From positions 1,170 to 65,169 of the forward strand of contig CAVYYU010000001.1 in the NCBI GenBank assembly GCA_963772805.1: a DNA stretch of 64,000 bases. The letters are read 5' to 3'. This DNA comes from an uncultured Gammaproteobacteria bacterium. Its GTDB lineage: Bacteria; Pseudomonadota; Gammaproteobacteria; Legionellales; Legionellaceae. The translations under genes were made by a program, and so were the position numbers. Shown here one piece after another: positions 42,491 through 51,260 of this stretch; the stretch's first letter is position 1; every line of letters begins with the position of its first letter. The notes beneath the pieces were generated by a model that worked only from the letters and a program-made list of their open reading frames with translations, made no database searches and was not told the origin of the DNA.

Positions 42491-43876
42491 ATGATTAAAT
42501 TGAAGATCAAGAAATATATTTGCTGGCTGTTATTAACCAGTGTTTTAACTCAACCTGTTGCTGCAGAAGGATTATCTCCGTATTCAACAAGTGAGCTGGA
42601 TCAGCTGGAAAAAGAATTTGTTCAACAAATTAACCTCTCAGACAGTGTAGAGCGCAATCCCTTAGCAAAACAATACATTAATCGCATTGGCAAAAACTTA
42701 GCGCATCAAGGACATATTAGAACACCCGATTTTTTTATTGTAAAATCCGGTGAAATCAACGCATTTGCCGGCCCCGGAGGCCATATAGGCATTAACACCC
42801 AGCTCATTCTCATCACCAGTAATGAAAGTGAATTAGCCGCGGTAATGGCTCATGAGATTGCCCACGTTCGTCTCCATCACCTCTACAGCGCCATCGAACA
42901 CCAAAGACAAATGCGCATTCCCATGCTTGCCTCCATGCTGGCGTCAATTGCCTTGGGGGTCATTAATCCTACCGTAGGTATGGGCGCAATGATGGGGTCA
43001 TTATCTGGTTTTTCTCAAGATAATATTAATTTTACCCGCTCAAAAGAAAAAGAAGCAGACCGAATCGGTATCGATATGCTGATTAAAGCTGGCTACAACC
43101 CACACAGTATGGCCGCCTTTTTTCAAAAGATGCAGGAAAATACCCGTTATTCCTACACAGCGCATGTACCTGCTATTTTACGCACCCACCCCTTAGATTC
43201 AGACCGTATCGCCGAAGCACAAAACCGTACTACACGCTTTGGGAAAAAATATTATCCTGATTCAACCGATTATGCCTTAGTTAAAGAAATCATTCGTACG
43301 GATGTAGCACGTGATCCCAGAGAGTTACTGGAGTACTATGAACGTCAATGCCGAAGAGTCAGTCCTGATAATGCCTGTCAATACGGTCATGCACTGACAT
43401 TAATCAATACGAATAATTTTGCGAGAGCGCACGATCTGCTCGCACCGCTCATTGCGCAAAATAATAATCTCTATTTTCAAATCGCTATAGCACAAACAGA
43501 AACTGGTCTATATCAACATCAAGCAGCCCTCACCCGACTGACAGAAATGCAAAATAATCATCCGGATAATTACGCCGTCCTTATGGCTTATTCCCAAGCC
43601 TTATTAGCGGCAAATCAACATGAAAAAGCAGCCAGTATTTTGCTTAAAGGCAGTAGACAATATAAGCAAGACCTGCCGCTGTGTAGAGAATTAGCGCGCG
43701 CCCAAGCAAAAACCAATCAAAAAAGCTATGCCTATTTTACACAGGCACAGTGTTTATTACTTGAAGGACAAAAAAGAGCGGCCGTAGCCCAGCTAAAAGT
43801 AGCACGCGATCTGGCGAAAAATGACGAGTATTTACAAGCACGTATTTCTGCAAAAATTGAAGAGATTACGAATTAG
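42491..43876 (+). CDS. bepA: M48-family periplasmic metalloprotease with TPR domain (BepA/YfgC-like)
   Basis: Signal peptide, the HEIAHV zinc motif and a C-terminal TPR-like region. The ORF track starts at a TTG at 42479. Confidence 0.8.
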   Translation: MIKLKIKKYICWLLLTSVLTQPVAAEGLSPYSTSELDQLEKEFVQQINLSDSVERNPLAKQYINRIGKNLAHQGHIRTPDFFIVKSGEINAFAGPGGHIGINTQLILITSNESELAAVMAHEIAHVRLHHLYSAIEHQRQMRIPMLASMLASIALGVINPTVGMGAMMGSLSGFSQDNINFTRSKEKEADRIGIDMLIKAGYNPHSMAAFFQKMQENTRYSYTAHVPAILRTHPLDSDRIAEAQNRTTRFGKKYYPDSTDYALVKEIIRTDVARDPRELLEYYERQCRRVSPDNACQYGHALTLINTNNFARAHDLLAPLIAQNNNLYFQIAIAQTETGLYQHQAALTRLTEMQNNHPDNYAVLMAYSQALLAANQHEKAASILLKGSRQYKQDLPLCRELARAQAKTNQKSYAYFTQAQCLLLEGQKRAAVAQLKVARDLAKNDEYLQARISAKIEEITN

Positions 43877-44013
43877 TGATACAGCCCCAATTGATGATAT
43901 AGATAATACAATTGTCTGCAACAAAAAAAACTTTGATCAAGGGATGATAATGCATAAAACCCGGGTGCAGTGCAGCGAAACCCGGGCTTGATTTGCCTTC
44001 ACGTGTAAGAAAA

Positions 44014-44499
44014 TTAATCGCGAAAATTCTCATACTGTAGAGGCAGCTTAACATCTGATTTCTTTAACAGGGCAATTGCTTCTTGCAAATCATCGCGTTT
44101 TTTCCCCGTAACGCGCACCTTATCTCCCTGAATGGAACTTTGCACTTTCAATTTAGCATCTTTAAGCAACTTCACAATGTCTTTTGCTATGGGCTGATCA
44201 ATCCCTTGTTTAAACGTCATATTTAAAGAATAAAACTTCCCACTATGCACTGGCTCATCTTCTATATCGACTCCAGAAACATCAATATTGCGTTTTGTGC
44301 AATGATTACGGAATAAATCTTCTAATTGTCGCACTTGAAAATCGGATTCAGAACGCAGAGTCACTGTAAGTTCTTTAATCTCGATACTTGATTCCACACC
44401 ACGAAAATCAAAACGTGTTCCCATCTCGCGAATAGCATTATCTACGGCATTACGTAGTTCAACTTCATTAGTTTCTGAAATAATATCAAAAGAGGGCAT
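44014..44499 (-). CDS. yajQ: YajQ-family (UPF0234) nucleotide-binding protein
   Basis: MPSFDIISE...ELRNAVDNA..E...RFDFRG is the YajQ N-terminal signature; 161 aa. Confidence 0.9.
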   Translation of the reverse strand: MPSFDIISETNEVELRNAVDNAIREMGTRFDFRGVESSIEIKELTVTLRSESDFQVRQLEDLFRNHCTKRNIDVSGVDIEDEPVHSGKFYSLNMTFKQGIDQPIAKDIVKLLKDAKLKVQSSIQGDKVRVTGKKRDDLQEAIALLKKSDVKLPLQYENFRD

Positions 44500-44745
44500 A
44501 AGATACTCATTAAAATTTAAAACGGTAATTTAACAAAAAAAATAGTGCTTCACCACTTTTTATCGCAGATAAAAGATAGGAGAAAAATAGCCCGATTCAG
44601 AGTTATTACTAATAACCAAGGCCAAGCTTGGGCTATCTTTGGTACTGATTCGGGCGATGAAGCAACCTCTACGCTTTTTTATACGAATCTATCACTCAGC
44701 TTCAAAGAGATAAGTGCAACATCCCGGCAGCCCCATTACAATCCA

Positions 44746-45129
44746 TCAAATAAAGTACATTTTAAATAGTAAAAACAGCCCTATAAGTAATATTATAACA
44801 CCCGAAATAGTAAATGTTTCGGGTTTAACTGATATTTTACGCCACATTCGATGAATGAATTCTGGACAGAATAATCTAATTATACCGCTAATCAAAGCAA
44901 GCCAACCTATTATGGTTATGATCACGGGCCATGACATTACCCATACATTGTGACTGACAACGATCATCAAACCGGCAATTAGCGTTATAAATGCAATTAC
45001 AAATAATAATCCTGTCTGTGCCATAATATCGCTCATTGCGGCTATTACTACACTACGCCTGACGATTAAAAACAGCCCCATAATCACTAGATACCAACCA
45101 AGAACGCAGGCCAAAAATACCGTCACCAT
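44746..45129 (-). CDS. Small integral membrane protein (127 aa, 4 TM segments)
   Basis: Four hydrophobic helices. No motif recognised. Confidence 0.55.
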   Translation of the reverse strand: MVTVFLACVLGWYLVIMGLFLIVRRSVVIAAMSDIMAQTGLLFVIAFITLIAGLMIVVSHNVWVMSWPVIITIIGWLALISGIIRLFCPEFIHRMWRKISVKPETFTISGVIILLIGLFLLFKMYFI

Positions 45130-45260
45130 GATAATGCTCCTAACAATCTTCCCTATTTAAATTATAGCTCAATAGCACTTATTTATTGTTTAATTAATTG
45201 GCAATTTGCCCGAATAACAACTAAGCTTATACTGAAGAGTTGTATCAGAGGATCCCCAAA

Positions 45261-45455
45261 ATGAACGAGCAATATACTGCATCTGTGTACACTGGTAGTG
45301 AACAATTTGCAAAACAGGTTGGGAATGATCTTGATGAACTCTACACGTGGATGCTTATTCAAGGCAATATGTATTTTGGCGATGTTCACGGTGAAATCAT
45401 CGATAATAAAACTAAAAAAACCATCCGAACCTTTCGCAAATGTGCGATTGAGTAA
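45261..45455 (+). CDS. Hypothetical 64-aa protein
   Basis: A GAGGA Shine-Dalgarno sits 8 nt upstream of the ATG at 45261. It competes with an antisense 97-aa ORF that looks less protein-like. Confidence 0.35.
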   Translation: MNEQYTASVYTGSEQFAKQVGNDLDELYTWMLIQGNMYFGDVHGEIIDNKTKKTIRTFRKCAIE

Positions 45456-45513
45456 TTTCTGTTGACTAAACCCCACAAGTACCTACAATAACAGCCCTTC
45501 AGCAAAATCCTAT

Positions 45514-46716
45514 ATGCTAAGGATTGTTATGAGTACTAAAACAACGTCCTCGTTTAATCTTATTTGGTTATTAAGTTATATTTCGATTGCATCAATATCT
45601 GCAGCGATTATTACTCCCTCATTACCTAAAATCCAGGCTCAATATGCCTTAAACCCAGGAATGGTGGAATGGATAGTCTCTGCGTTTTTAATTGGGTACA
45701 TGGCTGGCCAATTAATTTATGGACCGCTTGCTAATCGTTTTGGGCGCTTAAAAGCATTACGTATCGGTTTAACCATTAACCTCTTAGGCATTGGAGTTTG
45801 CCTTAGCGCCTTGACATGTGAAACGTATGGACTTTTAATCATCGGTCGTTTAATTACAGCCTTAGGCGCTGCCAGCGGATTAGCCTGTACTTTTATGTTA
45901 ATTAATGAATGGTTGCCTGAATCACAACGAAAAAGCGCCATGTCTTATTCGGTATTATCCTTTGCTCTGGGCATAGGCATTGCCGTGGTACTTGGTGGCT
46001 TAATTACCGATTATTGGCATTGGCAAGGTTGCTTTTGGTTTTTACTGATCCATGGAATCATCATGCTCATTGGCACCGGTGTATTTAATGAAACCTTAGT
46101 TACTCCTAAACCAATTCATGCCTTAACCATCATAAAAGATTATTCAGCAGCGCTTTCTTCATCAAAACTGGTTATCTTTTCATTGGTTGTAGGCACCTGC
46201 TCAGCAATCTCTTATTGTTTCTCAGCAGCTGGACCGCAAATTGCAGAAGAACTATTAAAACTGTCTGCTGCTGAATATGGTTATTGGAATAGCCTTAATA
46301 TTGTGGGTATGCTGTTCGGTGGTGTATTGGTCAAACAATTACTCACGCGTTTATCAGCAAATCAAGTAATCGCCATTGGTTTTTTGGGTGTTGCCTTGGG
46401 CATTATTAATTTATTTTTTATGTGGTCCATGGGCAGTCAATCTACATTATGGTTTTTCCTGATTACCGCCAGTTTATATTTATTTAATGGCTTGATGTTT
46501 TCCAGCGGCTCATTAGTTGCCTCTAATGCACTTACAGACAAAGCCAGCGCAGCGGCCATGATGAGTTTTATTAATATGTGCTTTGCAACACTTGCAGTGA
46601 TTTTAATGGGCTACTTAGCGATAAACCCCTTATTAAGTTTGATTCTTATCCTAAGTCTTGTTTGGGCATTGGTTGTGGTGCTCTTACTTATAGAAAATTA
46701 CCGAGGTACAAATTAA
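45514..46716 (+). CDS. MFS transporter (Bcr/CflA-like drug:H+ antiporter family)
   Basis: 12-TM profile with the MFS motif A-like sequence GPLANRFGRLKAL. Confidence 0.85.
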   Translation: MLRIVMSTKTTSSFNLIWLLSYISIASISAAIITPSLPKIQAQYALNPGMVEWIVSAFLIGYMAGQLIYGPLANRFGRLKALRIGLTINLLGIGVCLSALTCETYGLLIIGRLITALGAASGLACTFMLINEWLPESQRKSAMSYSVLSFALGIGIAVVLGGLITDYWHWQGCFWFLLIHGIIMLIGTGVFNETLVTPKPIHALTIIKDYSAALSSSKLVIFSLVVGTCSAISYCFSAAGPQIAEELLKLSAAEYGYWNSLNIVGMLFGGVLVKQLLTRLSANQVIAIGFLGVALGIINLFFMWSMGSQSTLWFFLITASLYLFNGLMFSSGSLVASNALTDKASAAAMMSFINMCFATLAVILMGYLAINPLLSLILILSLVWALVVVLLLIENYRGTN

Positions 46717-46820
46717 ACCAGGATCTGTTAACAGACTATTTTGGACAAAATAAAGGCAACTAAAAAAGAAAAGACTATACTTAAGTTGTAGGGAAAAAAG
46801 TACAAACAAAGGAGAATGTA

Positions 46821-47060
46821 ATGAATACAGATTCTATGTACCTTTCCAAATGCTTGCGTACTGTACTGATGGTAGGAGTTTTAGGTTTCATGGCAAGCTA
46901 TACAACTATTGCCAGTGCAGCCCAAGGCTGTGGTCATGGATTTCATCGTAATATCTATGGGCGCTGCGTATTTAATCATCCTGGCCCACGAGCAACTCCA
47001 GCCCCTTATCATCGCGGCTGTTGGCGAAATGCTTGGGGACAATTACGTTGCTATAGATAA
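46821..47060 (+). CDS. Small secreted Cys-containing protein (79 aa)
   Basis: AAGGAG Shine-Dalgarno, a signal peptide, and a mature part with 4 Cys (GCGHGFHRNIYGRCVFNHPG...GCWRNAWGQLRCY). Confidence 0.6.
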   Translation: MNTDSMYLSKCLRTVLMVGVLGFMASYTTIASAAQGCGHGFHRNIYGRCVFNHPGPRATPAPYHRGCWRNAWGQLRCYR

Positions 47061-47070
47061 TTAAAAGAAT

Positions 47071-47110
47071 ACAGCGTGGGCTAGCATAGCATTAAACCTA
47101 CGCTGTTTTA
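47071..47110 (+). terminator. Rho-independent terminator
   Basis: Stem acagcgtggg / cctacgctgt (1 mismatch), followed by tttta. Confidence 0.6.
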
Positions 47111-47233
47111 TTCAAGCATTACTCTAAATATTTCTTATCAAAATGCCAACAGTTAAAATAGCCCGTCTTATACTAGGGGCTGTTGCCCTTTCGCTAGATC
47201 AAGCCAAAATCGGTTGATTTTTGAGCGAATGAA

Positions 47234-48313
47234 ATGAATTTTAATTTGACAAAAGAGAAATTTATAATACAGAATAATCATATTAGATACGAACAGCTGA
47301 CTATTGTGAACGATAAACGAGATGTTTTACCTACGAGTGACATTACTGCACAAGCGGTGGTGATCGGATGCTCGCATAATAACCAAAATTGCAATCATGA
47401 CATTCATCCATCTTCCCAATATTTTTATACTATTGATGTTAGTGAGGCTTTAAAACCAGATTGTATTATGGATATTACAAAAGACAATATTCCAACTTTC
47501 TTGCAAAATAAATTCCAATTAACCATTTTGGAATATTTACCTTTCGATACCTACAATTATAGCCCTTTATCTGAAAAAATCATGGGTATAAATGGGCAAA
47601 GAGGTCTTGATAATTCAAGAGAGTTGACCAGCGAAAATGGTTTTATCATGGTGGTAGGGAATTCCAGGAACTATCGTTTTCGTAATTCGGTAGCGAATTT
47701 AAACTATCTTGAAATTGCGAGTAGTAACGCTGGAAATTATGTTCTACTAATTCCAAATAATCAAAATCGCTCCGCTCCCGAGGTAATGCAAGATATACAA
47801 AATTTACCAGACGCTCTGCAACAATCCATTTCTACAGCAACTACACAAGGATATAAACCCGAAGAACCATTGGAATTTTGTAAACTTAACTATCATATAA
47901 AATCAAGTAATGAAGATTTTATTGATCATCTTAACCACTATATTATGTTGCGTTCTTTCCAAGAAGAGTACAAAACCAGATTTAATATTTTGGGGATCGA
48001 ACTTAATTTTGGTTACTCATCACATCAAAAAATTAGTGCAGCAAATGCTTTAATACACGTTTTACTTGGCAATGCCCCTGAAGAATCTTTGGCGCCGCAC
48101 AAACCATCCTTAACGAACGGTGTATTAGGCCAAATTTTAAATTTTCATTTAAAAGGCAAAAACCTCAGTCAATTAATCAATGAGAGTCAAGTAACAGAAT
48201 CGTCCCTTAATCGAAATACAACAAATGATTTTAAAGAAAGGTTTAAAAATTTAAATTCCGATCTAGAATTAAAGAATGAAATAAACCCCGATCAAACCAG
48301 ACGGCGTCTCTAA
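47234..48313 (+). CDS. Hypothetical 359-aa protein (orphan; effector candidate)
   Basis: Clean ORF. No motif recognised. Confidence 0.6.
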   Translation: MNFNLTKEKFIIQNNHIRYEQLTIVNDKRDVLPTSDITAQAVVIGCSHNNQNCNHDIHPSSQYFYTIDVSEALKPDCIMDITKDNIPTFLQNKFQLTILEYLPFDTYNYSPLSEKIMGINGQRGLDNSRELTSENGFIMVVGNSRNYRFRNSVANLNYLEIASSNAGNYVLLIPNNQNRSAPEVMQDIQNLPDALQQSISTATTQGYKPEEPLEFCKLNYHIKSSNEDFIDHLNHYIMLRSFQEEYKTRFNILGIELNFGYSSHQKISAANALIHVLLGNAPEESLAPHKPSLTNGVLGQILNFHLKGKNLSQLINESQVTESSLNRNTTNDFKERFKNLNSDLELKNEINPDQTRRRL

Positions 48314-48532
48314 ATTTTATTTGGTTAAAATCTCACCTATAATTAACGAAAAGGTTAAATGTAATACGCGACGCTGTGTCCAGTATGTCCGTGGATCAGA
48401 ATTTCAATACTAAATATAAAGCCCTGAGTAAGTGCCTTTCGGAATAAACAGATTTTGCAGCTCATGATTGTAAAAGAGATAAGCATTGCTTGCATGATAC
48501 GCCATACACATAGATCCCCAAACTGCTCACAG

Positions 48533-48559
48533 AGATATCCACAGAAATTGTGGATATCT
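48533..48559. promoter_or_regulatory. Perfect 11-bp inverted repeat made of two facing DnaA-box-like 9-mers
   Basis: agatatccaca-gaaat-tgtggatatct: atatccaca matches 8/9 of TTATCCACA. A third copy, ctatccaca, is at 48664-48672. Confidence 0.4.
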
Positions 48560-48887
48560 AATCTATGCTAAAAATAATAAGTTCTATACAAACCCAAGCA
48601 CAGCAAGGACTATTTAAAATAAGTTAGATAAGTAAATTAAAATACAAGAAATTATTAAATAATCTATCCACAGAAAGGGATGAATTGATGAGTAAATTTT
48701 CAACCCAATGGTAACAAAAAAAGAATAAAAAAACAGCCTTATTTTAAATTATTTTTCTGCTTTTCCTTGAAAACACAATATATTGTGCTTATGACCTCAT
48801 TAGCAGCGCAATGATTTTTAATCCAGCATCTGAGTATAAACGTAGCCGTATTAGCGTAGCGTAATTCATGATGTCCTTTAATTCAGG

Positions 48888-50168
48888 TCAGGGCTGTAAT
48901 TGACACTGCTCTAGAAAATAAATAGCCACTGAATCATGGGAATCCTGAGCAATAACCTCTTTAAAAAGACAGCTGGCTTCTTGAAACCGTTTTTCTTCAT
49001 AATGGTTTAGAGCCTGGGTAAAAAGCAAAAGAGTATTCTTTTTCAATTGTATTTCGCTGACATTGTCATGATTAAAAACTTCATAAACTTTAATCGGTAA
49101 ATTCTTACCTTTCACAGAAGTTAAACCTAAAGAGCGTAAATGATAGTTTTCTATGTATTTTAATTGTTGGTATGTTTGTCCGCTAATTAAGAGTTCAATA
49201 TTAAAGCTTCGGGTTAATGATTCTACTCTGGAAGCAATATTGACCGCATCGCTAATCACACTGCAATCCATGCGCGACTCAAAACCAACCGTACCGACAA
49301 TTAATGAACCGGTATTAATGCCAATACCTACATTAATTGGCAGTAAATTATTACGTGCACGAACCTCATTAAATACATTGAGCGCATCAAGCATACCCAA
49401 TGCTGCAGATACAGCATTATCCGCATCATCAAATAAGGCCATCAGCGCATCACCAATGTATTTATCAATAAAACCACCATTTTTAACAATCACTGGATCC
49501 AAATAACTCATCAAGCTATTTACCAAGTTAAAAATTTCAACCGAAGACAGCTGTTCTGCCAGAGTAGTAAATGATTTAATGTCTAAAAATAAAACCGTCA
49601 TAACTTTTTCAACACAATCACCCAGTTTTATATCTGCTATATTTTTTCGATTAAGCACTTTTAGGAAATTTTGGGGTACAAAGCGTGCTACTGCAGCAGC
49701 GTTTTGCTGAATTTCCACAAGCTTATTCACAAGTTCATCATTTAATGCCCGTACCTTTTTCTCAGCAACCTGCAACGCCTGAAAGTAAGAACTGGTACGA
49801 ACCATATAGCAAACACGATAACCAATTAAATCAGCATTAATAGGCTTTGTCGTAAAATCAGTAGCGCCAGCCATAAATGCTTGATTAATCGATTCATAGT
49901 CTTCCAATCCAGTAACCATCATGATAGGGGTGTATTGATAATCAGGTAACTTGCGTATTGCGCGGCATACTTCAAAGCCATTTAAGCCTGGCATCTCCAC
50001 ATCCAGCAAAATAATATCTGGCCTTTTCGTATTTAATAATGCTAATGCGGTTTCACCATCTTCAGCTTGAATAACTTCAAAACCATATTTGATTAGGGCA
50101 TCACTAGTGAGCAAACGCATTGTGGCGCTGTCATCAACAATCAAAACTAAAAAGCTTTCTTTTTCCAT
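48888..50168 (-). CDS. Response-regulator receiver fused to a class III adenylate cyclase (plus a short TPR-like tail)
   Basis: REC domain (DDSATMR..., DIILLDVEMPGLNG, K in TKP). Cyclase motifs VLFLDIKSFTTL, DKYIGDALMALF (Lys consistent with ATP specificity), GINTGSLIVGTVG and ISDAVNIASRVE. Confidence 0.85.
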   Translation of the reverse strand: MEKESFLVLIVDDSATMRLLTSDALIKYGFEVIQAEDGETALALLNTKRPDIILLDVEMPGLNGFEVCRAIRKLPDYQYTPIMMVTGLEDYESINQAFMAGATDFTTKPINADLIGYRVCYMVRTSSYFQALQVAEKKVRALNDELVNKLVEIQQNAAAVARFVPQNFLKVLNRKNIADIKLGDCVEKVMTVLFLDIKSFTTLAEQLSSVEIFNLVNSLMSYLDPVIVKNGGFIDKYIGDALMALFDDADNAVSAALGMLDALNVFNEVRARNNLLPINVGIGINTGSLIVGTVGFESRMDCSVISDAVNIASRVESLTRSFNIELLISGQTYQQLKYIENYHLRSLGLTSVKGKNLPIKVYEVFNHDNVSEIQLKKNTLLLFTQALNHYEEKRFQEASCLFKEVIAQDSHDSVAIYFLEQCQLQP

Positions 50169-50173
50169 AAACG

Positions 50174-51232
50174 TTACTCGACTTTAGTGGTGCAAATATT
50201 CGTTAAATAATTGGCAATATGTTCCAAATCAATCACCAGATCTACTGCATTCAATGATTGTGCAACAGCCCCCATACCAAAAACAACGGCACTTTGAGGA
50301 TCTTGAATTAACGTATGCCCTTGCGCTTTTTTTAGTTCTAATAAGCCCTCAGCCCCATCATCACTCATACCGGTTAAAAGCATACCTATAGCCTTAGGAC
50401 CTGAAACTTGAGCTACAGACCGCAGCAATATTGTGATCGAAGGACAAAAACCAGAAACAGGATCTCCATCGACTAATTTACAGGTTAATTGATCCTGAAC
50501 ACGCTCTATCAGCAGATCTTTTTGCTCTGGAGCAATGTAGACGGCTCCTTTGTGTAATACATCATGATTCACTACATTTTTCACTTTAAGGCGGATATTT
50601 TTTGCAAGCCATTGTGAAAATCCACAAATAAAACCATTGCTCATATGCTGAACAATCACAATTGGCACCGGAAAATCAGCTGGCAATTGGGACAAAATGG
50701 TTTTCAATGCCATAGGGCCCCCTACTGAAGCGCCAATTGCAATGATTTCATACGCTGGTGTCATTTTTTGGAGCTCGGCCTGTTTGTGTTCTTTTGCATA
50801 AGTGAGTGTCGTTTTTAATGGTTTTTTAGCGACGCAAATTTCTGAAAGACTACGGATGGTATCAATAATGTAATTACTGCGCTCCTTAAATGATGATGAA
50901 AATGCATTAACCGGTTTAGCCAATGCAGTTAATGCCCCTGCTTCAAGAATATGAAAGGTAGCATGAATTGATTCATCATTCACCATAGAGCTAATCACAA
51001 TAATTGGCGTGGGATTTTGTGACATAATAATACGCGTTGCCTCAAGTCCATCCATAATCGGCATTTGAATGTCCATCGTAATCAAATCGGGCTTTAATTT
51101 CGCGGTTAACTCAACTGCTTCTTTGCCATTTTTAGCAACACCAATCACCATCATGTCTTTTTCAGACTCAATAATGTATTGAATTAATGCAACTTCGGTG
51201 GGTGAATCATCAGCAATTAAAATTCTTATCAT
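50174..51232 (-). CDS. cheB: CheB-type protein-glutamate methylesterase (REC + methylesterase)
   Basis: REC N-terminus, GASVGGP, HMSNGF and LTGMSDDGA motifs. Confidence 0.9.
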   Translation of the reverse strand: MIRILIADDSPTEVALIQYIIESEKDMMVIGVAKNGKEAVELTAKLKPDLITMDIQMPIMDGLEATRIIMSQNPTPIIVISSMVNDESIHATFHILEAGALTALAKPVNAFSSSFKERSNYIIDTIRSLSEICVAKKPLKTTLTYAKEHKQAELQKMTPAYEIIAIGASVGGPMALKTILSQLPADFPVPIVIVQHMSNGFICGFSQWLAKNIRLKVKNVVNHDVLHKGAVYIAPEQKDLLIERVQDQLTCKLVDGDPVSGFCPSITILLRSVAQVSGPKAIGMLLTGMSDDGAEGLLELKKAQGHTLIQDPQSAVVFGMGAVAQSLNAVDLVIDLEHIANYLTNICTTKVE

Positions 51233-51260
51233 AGGCAGTAATTCACATGTATTTAAAAAG

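Noticed and set aside
44545-44769. 74-aa plus-strand ORF between yajQ and the membrane protein gene; likewise 43866..44054 (-), 25867..26127 (-) and 45183..45476 (-)
   Set aside because: They span intergenic regions or terminators, or overlap better-supported genes. They have no RBS and their composition is not protein-like.
48314-48887. Calling this spacer the chromosomal replication origin (oriC)
   Set aside because: There are only three good DnaA-box-like 9-mers and about two GATC sites. No AT-rich 13-mer array is recognisable and no origin-linked genes are nearby. It is kept only as a low-confidence finding.
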